DNA of 64,000 nucleotides, taken from Candidatus Ornithoclostridium excrementipullorum. GTDB taxonomy: Bacteria > Bacillota > Clostridia > Christensenellales > UBA3700. The stretch spans positions 15,380 to 79,379 of the forward strand of contig DVKK01000002.1 of the NCBI GenBank assembly GCA_018716085.1. Reading direction: 5' to 3'. The notes below the pieces were generated by a model. It had not been told where the DNA came from and made no database searches. It worked only from the letters and a program-made list of their open reading frames with translations. This document shows, one piece after another, positions 51,777-60,672 of the stretch. Both the position numbers and the translations under genes were made by a program. The number at the start of each line of letters is the position of its first letter. Within the stretch, counting starts at the first letter, position 1.

Positions 51777-52318
51777 CTCTTAACGACCTCTTTCTCTATA
51801 AGGCTGCCGTCCGAGAGATCTTTGAGCCGGACTTCGCCGTTTTCAATGATTATGTAACTGTGAGCCGTCCCCTCTTTGGGAAGCGACACCGAGCCGGGAT
51901 TGGCTATCACGACTCCGTTCTGTCTTATGACGAAGCCGGTATGGAAATGCCCGTACAACAACACGTCCCCCGCGTTTTTTGGCATGCTGTCCTTGTTGAA
52001 CACGTGCCCGTGCGTAAGGGTCATCTTGACGCCGTCGGCATACAGCTGCGCCATATCTGCGAACTCGAACGGCGCGACCATCGCGTCGACTTCGCTGTCG
52101 CAGTTGCCCTTGACGACTATAAGCCTTTCCTTGACGGTATCGAGCAGTTTCGCCACTTCGAGCGGCGCGTATTCTTCGGGAAGAGGATTGCGCGGACCGT
52201 GATAGAACACGTCGCCCAAAAGCGCCATCTCGTCCGCATTTTCGTTCCCGAATGCCTCGATCAGGCGGCGCGTCCAATACGCCGACCCGTGAATATCCGA
52301 AGCTACGAGCAGTTTCAT
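51773..52318 (-). CDS. YfcE/MJ0936-type metallophosphoesterase (phosphodiesterase)
   Basis: Track ORF trimmed to MKLLVASDIHGS (ATG 52316-52318, ATGA overlaps on both ends). The DIHG, GD..YHGPRN, GNCD and GH.H motifs are present. Confidence 0.8.
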   Translation of the reverse strand: MKLLVASDIHGSAYWTRRLIEAFGNENADEMALLGDVFYHGPRNPLPEEYAPLEVAKLLDTVKERLIVVKGNCDSEVDAMVAPFEFADMAQLYADGVKMTLTHGHVFNKDSMPKNAGDVLLYGHFHTGFVIRQNGVVIANPGSVSLPKEGTAHSYIIIENGEVRLKDLSDGSLIEKEVVKR

Positions 52319-53583
52319 TCTTTTTCCTCCGCAAGCTTGCTCATGCAGGCGAGCTTGACGCTGGCGATCAGTATCTCGATAGCCGCAGGCAGATCGCTCT
52401 CGCTCGTGAAAGTGGGCGCGATACGCAGATTGCGATCCGCGTCGTCTTTGCCGTACGGATAGGTAGCTCCCGCGGACGTGATCGTAAGACCCGCCGCCTT
52501 GCACAGCCTTCCTACCTCCTTTGCACAGCCTCCGAGTACGTCAAGGCTGATGAAGTAGCCTCCGCGCGGTTCCGTCCAGGACGCGATGTCGCAGTCGTCG
52601 CCGAAGTTCTGAGCCAAAGCGTCGATGATCGCTTTGAACTTGGGAGCGATGATCTCCCTCTGCCTGTCCATTATCTCTTTGATGTGATCGACGGAACGCA
52701 GGAACACGTAATGTCTGTACTGATTGACCTTGTCGTATCCGATCGTCTGGAAAGTGATGTGCGAAAGCGCCTCTTTGAGATTCTTCTCGCTCATGCCCAT
52801 GCAGGCGACTCCCGCGCCCGCGAGCGTTATCTTGGACGTGGAAGCGAACTCGAATATCCTGTCCTCGTTGCCCGCTTTTTTTGCGATCGTCATGATATTG
52901 GCGAGCTTGGCGGGGGTATCCGTAAGATCGTGCACGCAGTACGCGTTATCCCAGAAGATACGGAAATCTTTCGCCGCGGCGGGCATTGTCGCAAGCCTCG
53001 TCACCACTTCGTCGGAGTATGTGATACCCGTAGGATTGGAGTATTTGGGCACGCACCAGATACCTTTTACCGAAGGATCGTTCGCGACGTAATTTTCCAC
53101 CAGATCCATGTTGGGGCCGTCTTCGTTCATCGGGATGTTGATCATCTCGATCCCGAAATGTTCGGTGATCCCGAAATGTCTGTCGTATCCCGGCACGGGA
53201 CAGAGAAACTTTATAGCGGATCTGTTCCAGGGTTCGCAGCCGTCGAAACCGAATTGCATACCTCTCTGCACCGTGTCGTACATGAGATTGAGAGAGCTGT
53301 TGCCTCCGACAAAGACCTCGGACGGTTCGAGACCGAGTATCTGCGCGAAAAGCGCCCTCATCTCGGGTATGCCTTCCAGACCGCCGTAATTGAGCGACGA
53401 TTTGGGGAAATCTTCCGCCATCGGCGCGTCGAGCATCCCGAAAGCGAGCTTGGCCTGTTCGAAGCATGGCTTGCCTCTGGCGATATCGACTTTATAGCCT
53501 TTCGCCGCGATCTCTTCGTACTCTCTGCGCTGTGCTGCGAGCAGCGTATCGAGCTGCTCCTTGGTCAATTCTGCGTACTTCAT
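52315..53583 (-). CDS. PLP-dependent aminotransferase (class I/II fold, Asp-aminotransferase-like PF12897 type)
   Basis: 422 aa. VDIARGKPCFEQAKL, CPVPGYDRHF and VPKYSNPTG (the PLP-lysine region) resemble this family. Confidence 0.8.
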   Translation of the reverse strand: MKYAELTKEQLDTLLAAQRREYEEIAAKGYKVDIARGKPCFEQAKLAFGMLDAPMAEDFPKSSLNYGGLEGIPEMRALFAQILGLEPSEVFVGGNSSLNLMYDTVQRGMQFGFDGCEPWNRSAIKFLCPVPGYDRHFGITEHFGIEMINIPMNEDGPNMDLVENYVANDPSVKGIWCVPKYSNPTGITYSDEVVTRLATMPAAAKDFRIFWDNAYCVHDLTDTPAKLANIMTIAKKAGNEDRIFEFASTSKITLAGAGVACMGMSEKNLKEALSHITFQTIGYDKVNQYRHYVFLRSVDHIKEIMDRQREIIAPKFKAIIDALAQNFGDDCDIASWTEPRGGYFISLDVLGGCAKEVGRLCKAAGLTITSAGATYPYGKDDADRNLRIAPTFTSESDLPAAIEILIASVKLACMSKLAEEKE

Positions 53584-53641
53584 ATATTACCTCTCCATAC
53601 GGAAACTTTTATCTTTTTTCCGCGCCCGTGTTCGTCGGGCG

Positions 53642-54970
53642 TCAATCGGCGAATTCGTCCCTGCGGTTGCGGAACACGAGCCTTATCGGTGTTCCCTTGA
53701 ACTCGAACGCCCTGCGCAACGCGTTCTCGAGATATCTGCGGTAGCTGAAATGCGCCAACTTCTCGTCGTTGACGAAAAACACGAACGTCGGCGGGCATAC
53801 CGAATTCTGGGTCACGTAAAGCACTTTGAGCCGTCTGCCGTTGACCGACGGCGGCTCGACCGCTATGACCGCGTCGCGCACGATATCGTTGAGCACGCTC
53901 GTGGGGATACGTCTGCTCGCCTGGGCATAGACTTCTTTTGCCGCGTCGAGCAGCTTGTCCACTCTCTGTCCCGTCTTGGCGGAAACGTACACCGTAGTGA
54001 AATAGTCCATGAATTTGAGTTTGGACGCAAGCTCCTTGTCATAAGCCGACGAAGTATGGGTATCCTTTTCGACCGCGTCCCATTTGTTCATGACTATCAC
54101 GGACGGCTTGCCCTGATCGTGGACGTAGCCGCATATCTTGATATCCTGTTCGGTCACTCCCTCTTCGGCATCGATGACGATCAGCACGACGTCCGCGCGG
54201 CGCACCGCCGCGAGAGCACGCAGCACGCTGTATTGCTCCACGCCCTTTTCCACGCTGGCTTTCTTCCTTATACCCGCGGTATCGATGAGATTGTACCGCT
54301 CGCCCTTCCTCTCGAACGGAGTATCTATGGCGTCGCGCGTGGTGCCCGCTATGCCGCTGACGATCACCCTGTCGTATCCCAGTATCTTGTTGGTCAGCGA
54401 GGACTTGCCCGCGTTCGGTTTGCCGACAACGGCTATATCGAGAGTTCCGTTGTCGCCGTCGTCTTCGTCCGCGGCGGGAAGATGCGCGGTCACTTCGTCG
54501 AGAAGATCGCCCAGTCCCTTGCTCTGTTCGGCGGACACCGCGACGGGTTCGCCCATACCGAGTTCGTAGAAATCGAAAGTTTTGTCTATCTCGTTGTTGT
54601 CCAGCTTGTTGACGGCGAGAACGACGGGCTTGCCGCTCTTGCGAAGAAACACCGCTACTTCGCGGTCGTTGGACGTAATGCCCGCCCTGCCGTCCGTAAC
54701 GAATACGATGCAGTCCGCTATGTCCACGGCGATCGACGCCTGCTCGCGTATGTGCGAGAACATCTCGTCGTCGCTCTTCACGTCCAGCCCTCCCGTGTCT
54801 ATCAACGTGAAAGCCTTTCCGCACCATTCCGTATCGCAATAGAGCCTGTCGCGGGTAACGCCCTCCACGTCCTCCACGATCGAAAGACGCTTGCCGACAA
54901 GCTTGTTGAACAGAGTGGATTTGCCCACGTTGGGTCTGCCGACCACTGCCACGAGCGGTTTGTAAGCCAT
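53642..54970 (-). CDS. der: Ribosome-associated GTPase Der (EngA), double GTPase domain
   Basis: 442 aa. VAVVGRPNVGKSTLFN and a second IAVVGKPNAGKSSL G1 motif, followed by a KH-like C-terminus. Confidence 0.95.
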   Translation of the reverse strand: MAYKPLVAVVGRPNVGKSTLFNKLVGKRLSIVEDVEGVTRDRLYCDTEWCGKAFTLIDTGGLDVKSDDEMFSHIREQASIAVDIADCIVFVTDGRAGITSNDREVAVFLRKSGKPVVLAVNKLDNNEIDKTFDFYELGMGEPVAVSAEQSKGLGDLLDEVTAHLPAADEDDGDNGTLDIAVVGKPNAGKSSLTNKILGYDRVIVSGIAGTTRDAIDTPFERKGERYNLIDTAGIRKKASVEKGVEQYSVLRALAAVRRADVVLIVIDAEEGVTEQDIKICGYVHDQGKPSVIVMNKWDAVEKDTHTSSAYDKELASKLKFMDYFTTVYVSAKTGQRVDKLLDAAKEVYAQASRRIPTSVLNDIVRDAVIAVEPPSVNGRRLKVLYVTQNSVCPPTFVFFVNDEKLAHFSYRRYLENALRRAFEFKGTPIRLVFRNRRDEFAD

Positions 54971-54990
54971 ATGCCCTCCTCAGCAACGCA

Positions 54991-55019
54991 ATTATACATT
55001 ATTCCTCGCGCAAAGTAAA
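54991..55019 (-). promoter_or_regulatory. Candidate sigma-A promoter of der
   Basis: The reverse strand reads TTTACT-17 nt-TATAAT, directly downstream of a terminator hairpin. Confidence 0.45.
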
Positions 55020-55055
55020 GCATTAAACGACATATTGCGCGCGTCCGCACGCATA

Positions 55056-55080
55056 AGAAAACGGAGCGCTTTTGCGCTCC
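55056..55080 (-). terminator. Rho-independent terminator upstream of the der promoter
   Basis: The reverse strand reads GGAGCGC-AAAA-GCGCTCC followed by GTTTTCTTAT. Confidence 0.55.
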
Positions 55081-55125
55081 GCTCCGCATATTTCTCATCG
55101 GTCCGGGCATCTGCCGACCGCGCCG

Positions 55126-55728
55126 TCAATATCCCAACGCTCTTCTCATACCCGATCTGTCGCGTGAGAAAACTTCCTCTCCCGCCGATCTGCTCAGTCC
55201 TGCGCCGATAGTGCTCTCCGCCCGCGATATTGAGTTAAGGCAGTCCCTGAGCGCCGCGAAAAACGCGGCGAAAATAAGATAATACGCCGCTCTCGCGCCG
55301 AACGCCGTAAAGCGCAGAAAACCCGATCCGAGGACGAAAACCGAATACGTATCGGCAAGAAAACCGCCCACGATCACCTGTCCCACGACTTCTGCTCCGC
55401 TGTCGGAAAAGATGAGCGCCGTAAAACAGGACAGCGCCAGCGCCCCGGCGAGCGCATACGGATAAGCCGCCTGTCCCGCCAATACGAATATACAGCAAAT
55501 TGCGCCCGCGCCCGCGGCTTTGCACGCTCCGCGCGCACTTCCGAAAGCGTATGCGCCTATCGCGCAAGCCGACGCGTAAGGCATACTGAACGCCTTCACC
55601 GGCAGACACAACGCGACGGCAAGCGCTGCCGCCGCCGCAAAGCGTGCGTCGCAGACTCCTCCCGCGAGACCCCGCATCGCCCCGTAACACAGATATACGG
55701 TAAGTAAAAAAACGGCGGCATACTCCAT
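55126..55728 (-). CDS. Hypothetical Ala/Gly-rich integral membrane protein
   Basis: Track ORF 55126..55767 begins at a TTG, and the first ATG is at 55726-55728 (MEYAAVFLLTVYL...). The sequence is hydrophobic throughout and a terminator hairpin follows. No RBS and no family recognised, so it could be a spurious GC-rich frame. Confidence 0.4.
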   Translation of the reverse strand: MEYAAVFLLTVYLCYGAMRGLAGGVCDARFAAAAALAVALCLPVKAFSMPYASACAIGAYAFGSARGACKAAGAGAICCIFVLAGQAAYPYALAGALALSCFTALIFSDSGAEVVGQVIVGGFLADTYSVFVLGSGFLRFTAFGARAAYYLIFAAFFAALRDCLNSISRAESTIGAGLSRSAGEEVFSRDRSGMRRALGY

Positions 55729-55768
55729 AGAAGTAGTATGCCGCGGAAAGCATTTCTTATGTCGCAAA

Positions 55769-57007
55769 CTATATCCGGTCGTCGCTTTCGAACGATCCTA
55801 TCGCGGTCCTTTCGGGCTGTTTCAGCGCGTGCATTGCAGACGCGTCGTCGTGTATCAGTTTGCAGAACCCGGGCAGCGCGGTCTTGTCGTAAAACTTGCG
55901 CTGGTTGTAAAGATATTCCTGTTTGAGCATATTGTTGTTGAGAAAACTCAGTACCGAAGTGACGAGCTGTTCGTCCTTGCCGCCGCGCAGCGCCATCTGC
56001 GTCGACACAAGGTATTCGGCATTGTCGCTTTCGGACTGATTTATCGGTTTTATCAACACGCACGGGATATTTTTTACGCACGCTTCATAAACGGTGACTA
56101 TCGTCGGCGCGGTGACCAGCACGTCCGTGATATCGTATATCTTCCACATATCGGTCACGTTTTCCACCACGTAGATGTTCTTGTTGAGTCCGCGGGCTTT
56201 GACGTACGATCGGATAAAGCGCAGTATCGTATCGCTTCCTCCCGTCAGCACGACGAGGTTGAGCCTGTCGCTGTAATCCGCGAGCGCGGCGAATGCGTCT
56301 TTGAGGGTGGCTACTCCGTATCTGCCGCCGTCGAGAGTGACCGTGGGCACGGAGCGGTCTATACCCATGGCTTCGGCGACCTCGTCGCCGTCGTATTCGA
56401 GTATGCGAGCGCTGTCGAACGGCATGCCTACGACTCTGACCTTAGCGTCGGGGACTTTGTTGGCGAGAAGTTCGCTCCTCACGTTTTCGTTCTGAACGAA
56501 ATATCCGTCCGACTGATAGTTGATAAACGCCTTGTTCAGCGCGTAATCGGTGACCACCGCGTATATCCCGCAAGTCGCCCCGAGGCGCTGTTTTGCTTCT
56601 ATCGCCTTGTTGTGCGCCTTGGGCGTAAAACACAACACGACGTCGGGATCGAATCTCGCCAGGATATTGTCCACTTTACGGAATCTCTGCCGCATACGCG
56701 CCGCCGCAGAGTCGGGATTCTGCGCTTTCGGCTTGTACGGTTCCACGGTCTTGTTTATCTTTTTGGGAAGCAGTTTCGCCCTCACCGCAGTCACCAAACG
56801 ATTGAGCCACGGGGCAACTCTCGCGGACGCGATGTAAAGTCTGCGCGTGAACTGCGCCGAAAAAGCGTTGCAGTATCTGTCCTCGTCCACTGCGATCACT
56901 TCGCAGTCGGGATGGTCCCTCCGCATACGCCCCGCGAGATCCAGCGCTACGGTGTCGTTGAATCCCTTGGCGTAAAGTATGACGATCGTCTTTTTCGTTT
57001 CGCTCAT
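55769..57007 (-). CDS. Glycosyltransferase, MGDG-synthase/UgtP-like (GT28-type)
   Basis: Track ORF trimmed to MSETKKTIVILYAKG (ATG 57005-57007). The size, the N-terminal MGDG-synthase-like region and the C-terminal ..VLTGGSD....VTAPTIVTVYEA.....P.VLIKPINQSESDNAEYL resemble diacylglycerol glycosyltransferases. Confidence 0.6.
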   Translation of the reverse strand: MSETKKTIVILYAKGFNDTVALDLAGRMRRDHPDCEVIAVDEDRYCNAFSAQFTRRLYIASARVAPWLNRLVTAVRAKLLPKKINKTVEPYKPKAQNPDSAAARMRQRFRKVDNILARFDPDVVLCFTPKAHNKAIEAKQRLGATCGIYAVVTDYALNKAFINYQSDGYFVQNENVRSELLANKVPDAKVRVVGMPFDSARILEYDGDEVAEAMGIDRSVPTVTLDGGRYGVATLKDAFAALADYSDRLNLVVLTGGSDTILRFIRSYVKARGLNKNIYVVENVTDMWKIYDITDVLVTAPTIVTVYEACVKNIPCVLIKPINQSESDNAEYLVSTQMALRGGKDEQLVTSVLSFLNNNMLKQEYLYNQRKFYDKTALPGFCKLIHDDASAMHALKQPERTAIGSFESDDRI

Positions 57008-57026
57008 ATATCGCTCCCCGCCCAAG

Positions 57027-58268
57027 TCAGGCGTTTTTCTTCTTTCTGCGGAGGATATCCCACTCCTCCAATGCGAACGGCACCGCGATCCGCAGTCTTT
57101 GCTGCACCAGCTTCGCATCCTTTACGCGCTCGCCCCGCGAGTCGTACATCTCCGTCACGACAAAAGTCCTGCCGTCGGCATCTCCGGCGGAGAGGACTTC
57201 CAGTTCGTCCCCCTCGGAGAAAGCGTTGCGCTGTTCGACGTCCGCGTATCCCCGCGACGCGTCGTATCCTTTGACAGCGGCGACGAAGTCGTATCCGCCC
57301 TCGGTCTGCGAAGCGTCCGAGCTGATCTTCGCGCGGTCGGATCCGAAATAGAATCCTGTGGTGTACGCCCTGTGCGCGGTCTTGTCCGCTTCGGCAAGCA
57401 CGTGCGCGGGAAGTTCGCCTTCGGGATCCGCGATATACGCGTCCAGCGCGCGGCGGTATGCCGAAACCACGCTTGCCACGTAATACTGCGACTTCATGCG
57501 TCCCTCTATCTTGAACGAGGCTACGCCCGCTTCCGCAAGTTCGCCCAGATGTCCGAGCATACAGAGATCGCCGCTGTTCATTATGTAAGTGCCGCGTCCG
57601 TCCTCGTATATCGGATAACGCTCTCCTTTGCGGTTGACCTCCGTCAGTTCGTATTCCCAACGGCAGGGCTGGGCGCAGTTGCCGCGATTGGCGCTTCTGC
57701 CGCTCAAAGCCGCGCTCAACAGACATCTGCCGCTGTACGACACGCACATCGCCCCGTGTACGAACGCCTCTATCTCGGCGGCTCCGTCGAGATACTCGTA
57801 TATTTCCCTTATGTCGCAAAGAGGCGTTTCCCTTGCCAGCACGATCCTTTTCGCCCCGAGAGAAGCCCAGAACTTTGCGGCGTATTTGTTGGTCACGTTC
57901 GCCTGAGTCGAAATGTGAACGTCCATATCGGGAGCGTATTTCCTGCACGCTTCGAACACGCCCGGATCGGTGACTATCGCAGCGTCGGCTCCGCATTCGT
58001 TGAGAAAACGCAGATATTCGCGCAGCTCGGGAAAATCGTCGTTGACAGCGAATACGTTGACCGCGACGTACAGTTTCCTGCCCGCGGAGTGCGCGTATTT
58101 CACCGCCTCCGGCATTTCCTTTTCGCCGAAATTGGCAGCCGCCGCCCTCAGACCGAAAGCGCTGCCTCCGACGTAAACGGCGTCCGCGCCGAAATGCAGC
58201 GCCGTCTTCAGCTTCGCCATATCGCCCGCGGGAGCGAGCAGTTCGGGCCGTATCACAGCTTGCGGCAT
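57027..58268 (-). CDS. Peptidase U32 family protein (TrhP/YrrO-like, tRNA/rRNA hydroxylation type)
   Basis: 413 aa. PELLAPAGD....A...GADAVY.GG..FGLR is the U32 N-terminus, and E.F.HGAMC.SYSGRC the conserved Cys block. Confidence 0.85.
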   Translation of the reverse strand: MPQAVIRPELLAPAGDMAKLKTALHFGADAVYVGGSAFGLRAAAANFGEKEMPEAVKYAHSAGRKLYVAVNVFAVNDDFPELREYLRFLNECGADAAIVTDPGVFEACRKYAPDMDVHISTQANVTNKYAAKFWASLGAKRIVLARETPLCDIREIYEYLDGAAEIEAFVHGAMCVSYSGRCLLSAALSGRSANRGNCAQPCRWEYELTEVNRKGERYPIYEDGRGTYIMNSGDLCMLGHLGELAEAGVASFKIEGRMKSQYYVASVVSAYRRALDAYIADPEGELPAHVLAEADKTAHRAYTTGFYFGSDRAKISSDASQTEGGYDFVAAVKGYDASRGYADVEQRNAFSEGDELEVLSAGDADGRTFVVTEMYDSRGERVKDAKLVQQRLRIAVPFALEEWDILRRKKKNA

Positions 58269-58846
58269 ACGGCAACTCCGTCGCCCACGTCGTATATCTT
58301 CGAATCGAACAGCGCGGGATCGGATATCTTCGCGACAAAGGCGCGCATATTGTTCACTATCGTCCTGTGCTTATGCGGAGGATAAGCGCCTCCTTCCACA
58401 AGCCCGAGATAATTGACGTCGTCGGCAAAAATTATCCCGCCCGTGTCGATAGCATCATATATAAGATCCAGATAGCGCGAATACGCGCTCTTCGCCGCGT
58501 CTATGAACACGAAATCGTATACGTACTTTTCGGCAAGCCGCGGAAGCACTTCCTCCGCAGCCCCGGAATACGCGTGGATCCTGCTCTCTTCGGGTCTGCC
58601 GCTCCACAGTTTGCGCGCTATATCCAGCCTTGCGGGATCCCTTTCCACGGTGTCCACTTCCGCCCCCGTGACCGCAGCAAGACACAGCGCCGAATATCCG
58701 ACCGCGGTGCCTATCTCCAATACGCGCTTCCTCGGACGTTCCGACGCCGCCGACAGCAGCATCGTGAGCGCCGACGGCGCGATGATGTCGTAGCCGAACT
58801 CCGACCTCAGCGCTTCCGCGCTCGGATCGGGCAAAAATTCAGGCAT
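58253..58846 (-). CDS. Class I SAM-dependent O-methyltransferase (YrrM/TrmR-like)
   Basis: 197 aa. VLEIGTAVGYSALCLA (motif I) and FVFIDAAK fit the catechol-O-methyltransferase-like family. It lies immediately upstream of a U32 gene, as in the B. subtilis yrrMNO cluster. Confidence 0.75.
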   Translation of the reverse strand: MPEFLPDPSAEALRSEFGYDIIAPSALTMLLSAASERPRKRVLEIGTAVGYSALCLAAVTGAEVDTVERDPARLDIARKLWSGRPEESRIHAYSGAAEEVLPRLAEKYVYDFVFIDAAKSAYSRYLDLIYDAIDTGGIIFADDVNYLGLVEGGAYPPHKHRTIVNNMRAFVAKISDPALFDSKIYDVGDGVAVCRKL

Positions 58847-60506
58847 TGTCCACCTCTGTGATGATCGGCAGTATCATGGGTTTCTGCCTGAGCTTATTGG
58901 ATACGTATCTGGACAGCTGTCGGCGTATGGAGGCTTTCAGTTTGCCCCTGTCGCCCGCGCCCTTGTAATCGATCTTGGCGACCTCCTCCGATACGATATC
59001 CTTGAGCGGGTCGAGGAAATCCTCGCCTATCTGCATACCTCGGGAGATTATCTCGGGAGCGGCGAGCAGCGACTTGCTTTCCAGTCCCATCGTCACGAGC
59101 ACGATGAGCATTCCGTCCCTGCTGAGCTGCTGTCTGTCCTGCAACACGAGATCGCCCACGTCGTAAAGTCCGTCTACGTACACGTTGCCGGCGCTGACGC
59201 TGCCTTTACGGACCAACGCCCTCTGTTTGAGTTCGAACACCGCGCCTATCTCCGGTATGGCGATGTTGGACTGAGGTATCCCCATCCTCACGGCAAGTTC
59301 TTCGTGCTGTTTGAGGTGCCTGTATTCGCCGTGCACGGGTATGAAAAACTGAGGACGTATCAGCTTCAACATCAATTTCAGTTCCTCTTTGCAGGCGTGT
59401 CCGGACACGTGCAGCGCTTCGAGCGATCCGTACATGACGCGCGCGCCTCTGCGGTACAGATTGTTGATGACGGTATAGATGAGTTTCTCGTTGCCGGGGA
59501 TGGGCGAAGACGATATGACTATCAGATCCTTGGACCCTATCGACACCTTGTCGTCGCCGCTCGCCATGCGCGTCAGCGCGCTCATCGGCTCTCCCTGCGA
59601 ACCGGTCGTGATTATGCACAGCTCGCCGGGAGCGTAACGGCGTATGTCCTCTATGTCCACGATCGTGCCGTCGTCGGCGCTCATTATACCGAGTTTGACC
59701 GCGATCGCGCTTATGTTCTTCATGCTTCTGCCGTTGAACGCGACTTTACGCCCGTATTTCTGGCATATGTTGATTATCTGCTGTATCCTGTTGACGTTGG
59801 ACGCGAAAGTGGCGATTATTATGCGGCTGTCGCGGTTGCTCTCCACGATTCTCTCTATCGTCGCGCCGACTTTCTGTTCCGACATGGTATATCCGTCGCG
59901 TTCGATATTGGTCGACTCTCCGAGCATGAGTCGGACCCCTTCGTCGCCTATCTGCGCCAGACGGGGCAGGTCTATGCTCTCTCCGTCTATCGGCGTGTAA
60001 TCGACCTTGAAGTCGCCGGTAAAGAACACCACTCCCACCGGCGTGCGCACCGCTACCGCATACGCGCCCGAAATACTGTGCGTGACCTTGACGAATTCCA
60101 CCTCGAAGCAGCCTATGCTTCGCGTTTCCCCGCCCTTGACGGCGATCAGTTTGGGCGAAGTTATCCCGTGTTCCTTGAACTTGTTCTTGACAAGGGCAAG
60201 CGTGAGATCGCTGCCGTATATCTTTACGCTGTCCAGCCTGTCCTTGACCAGATAGGGAACTCCCCCTATGTGATCTTCGTGCCCGTGTGTGAGCACTATA
60301 CCCTTGATCTTGTCCGCATTCTCGTCGACGTATGTGAAATCCGGCGTTATCAGATCCACGCCGGGAGTGTCGTACGTAGCGAACATACAGCCGCAGTCCA
60401 CGATAAGCACGTTGTCGCCGTATTCTATCGCGGTCATGTTTTTGCCTATCTCCCCCACTCCTCCGAGAAACACGACTTTCAGCTGTTTGTTGAATCTTCT
60501 CGACAT
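58839..60506 (-). CDS. rnj: Ribonuclease J
   Basis: 555 aa. LKVVFLGGVGEIGKNM, HGHEDHIGG (metallo-beta-lactamase), beta-CASP and C-terminal domain pattern. Confidence 0.9.
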   Translation of the reverse strand: MSRRFNKQLKVVFLGGVGEIGKNMTAIEYGDNVLIVDCGCMFATYDTPGVDLITPDFTYVDENADKIKGIVLTHGHEDHIGGVPYLVKDRLDSVKIYGSDLTLALVKNKFKEHGITSPKLIAVKGGETRSIGCFEVEFVKVTHSISGAYAVAVRTPVGVVFFTGDFKVDYTPIDGESIDLPRLAQIGDEGVRLMLGESTNIERDGYTMSEQKVGATIERIVESNRDSRIIIATFASNVNRIQQIINICQKYGRKVAFNGRSMKNISAIAVKLGIMSADDGTIVDIEDIRRYAPGELCIITTGSQGEPMSALTRMASGDDKVSIGSKDLIVISSSPIPGNEKLIYTVINNLYRRGARVMYGSLEALHVSGHACKEELKLMLKLIRPQFFIPVHGEYRHLKQHEELAVRMGIPQSNIAIPEIGAVFELKQRALVRKGSVSAGNVYVDGLYDVGDLVLQDRQQLSRDGMLIVLVTMGLESKSLLAAPEIISRGMQIGEDFLDPLKDIVSEEVAKIDYKGAGDRGKLKASIRRQLSRYVSNKLRQKPMILPIITEVDNA

Positions 60507-60558
60507 TTATCCTCCGCTTTGCGCACTTTTCGCAATCGAACGTTATTATACAAAATAC

Positions 60559-60587
60559 ATTATATAGAATATAAAGCAAAAAGTCAA
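60559..60587 (-). promoter_or_regulatory. Candidate sigma-A promoter of rnj
   Basis: The reverse strand reads TTGACT-17 nt-TATAAT. Confidence 0.5.
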
Positions 60588-60611
60588 TTTTAATACGCCC
60601 ATGTCGGAAGG

Positions 60612-60654
60612 TCCGAAATAAGCGTAAAAGCCGCCCGTAAGGCGACTTTTACGC
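60612..60654 (-). terminator. Probable terminator after the nucleotidyltransferase gene
   Basis: A 14-bp GCGTAAAAG.CGCC/GGCG.CTTTTACGC stem with one mismatch is followed by TTATTTCGG. Confidence 0.45.
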
Positions 60655-60672
60655 ATACCCGAACAAAGGTTT

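Noticed and set aside
5498-57118. N-terminal extensions of several track ORFs (5498..6697, 16400..17701, 22783..23946, 23802..24566, 31632..33581, 43421..43837, 43938..45821, 51773..52504, 55769..57118 and others).
   Set aside because: The extensions overlap the preceding gene, are Arg-rich, and lie before an internal ATG that has an RBS or ATGA coupling and matches the known family N-terminus. The starts were trimmed accordingly.
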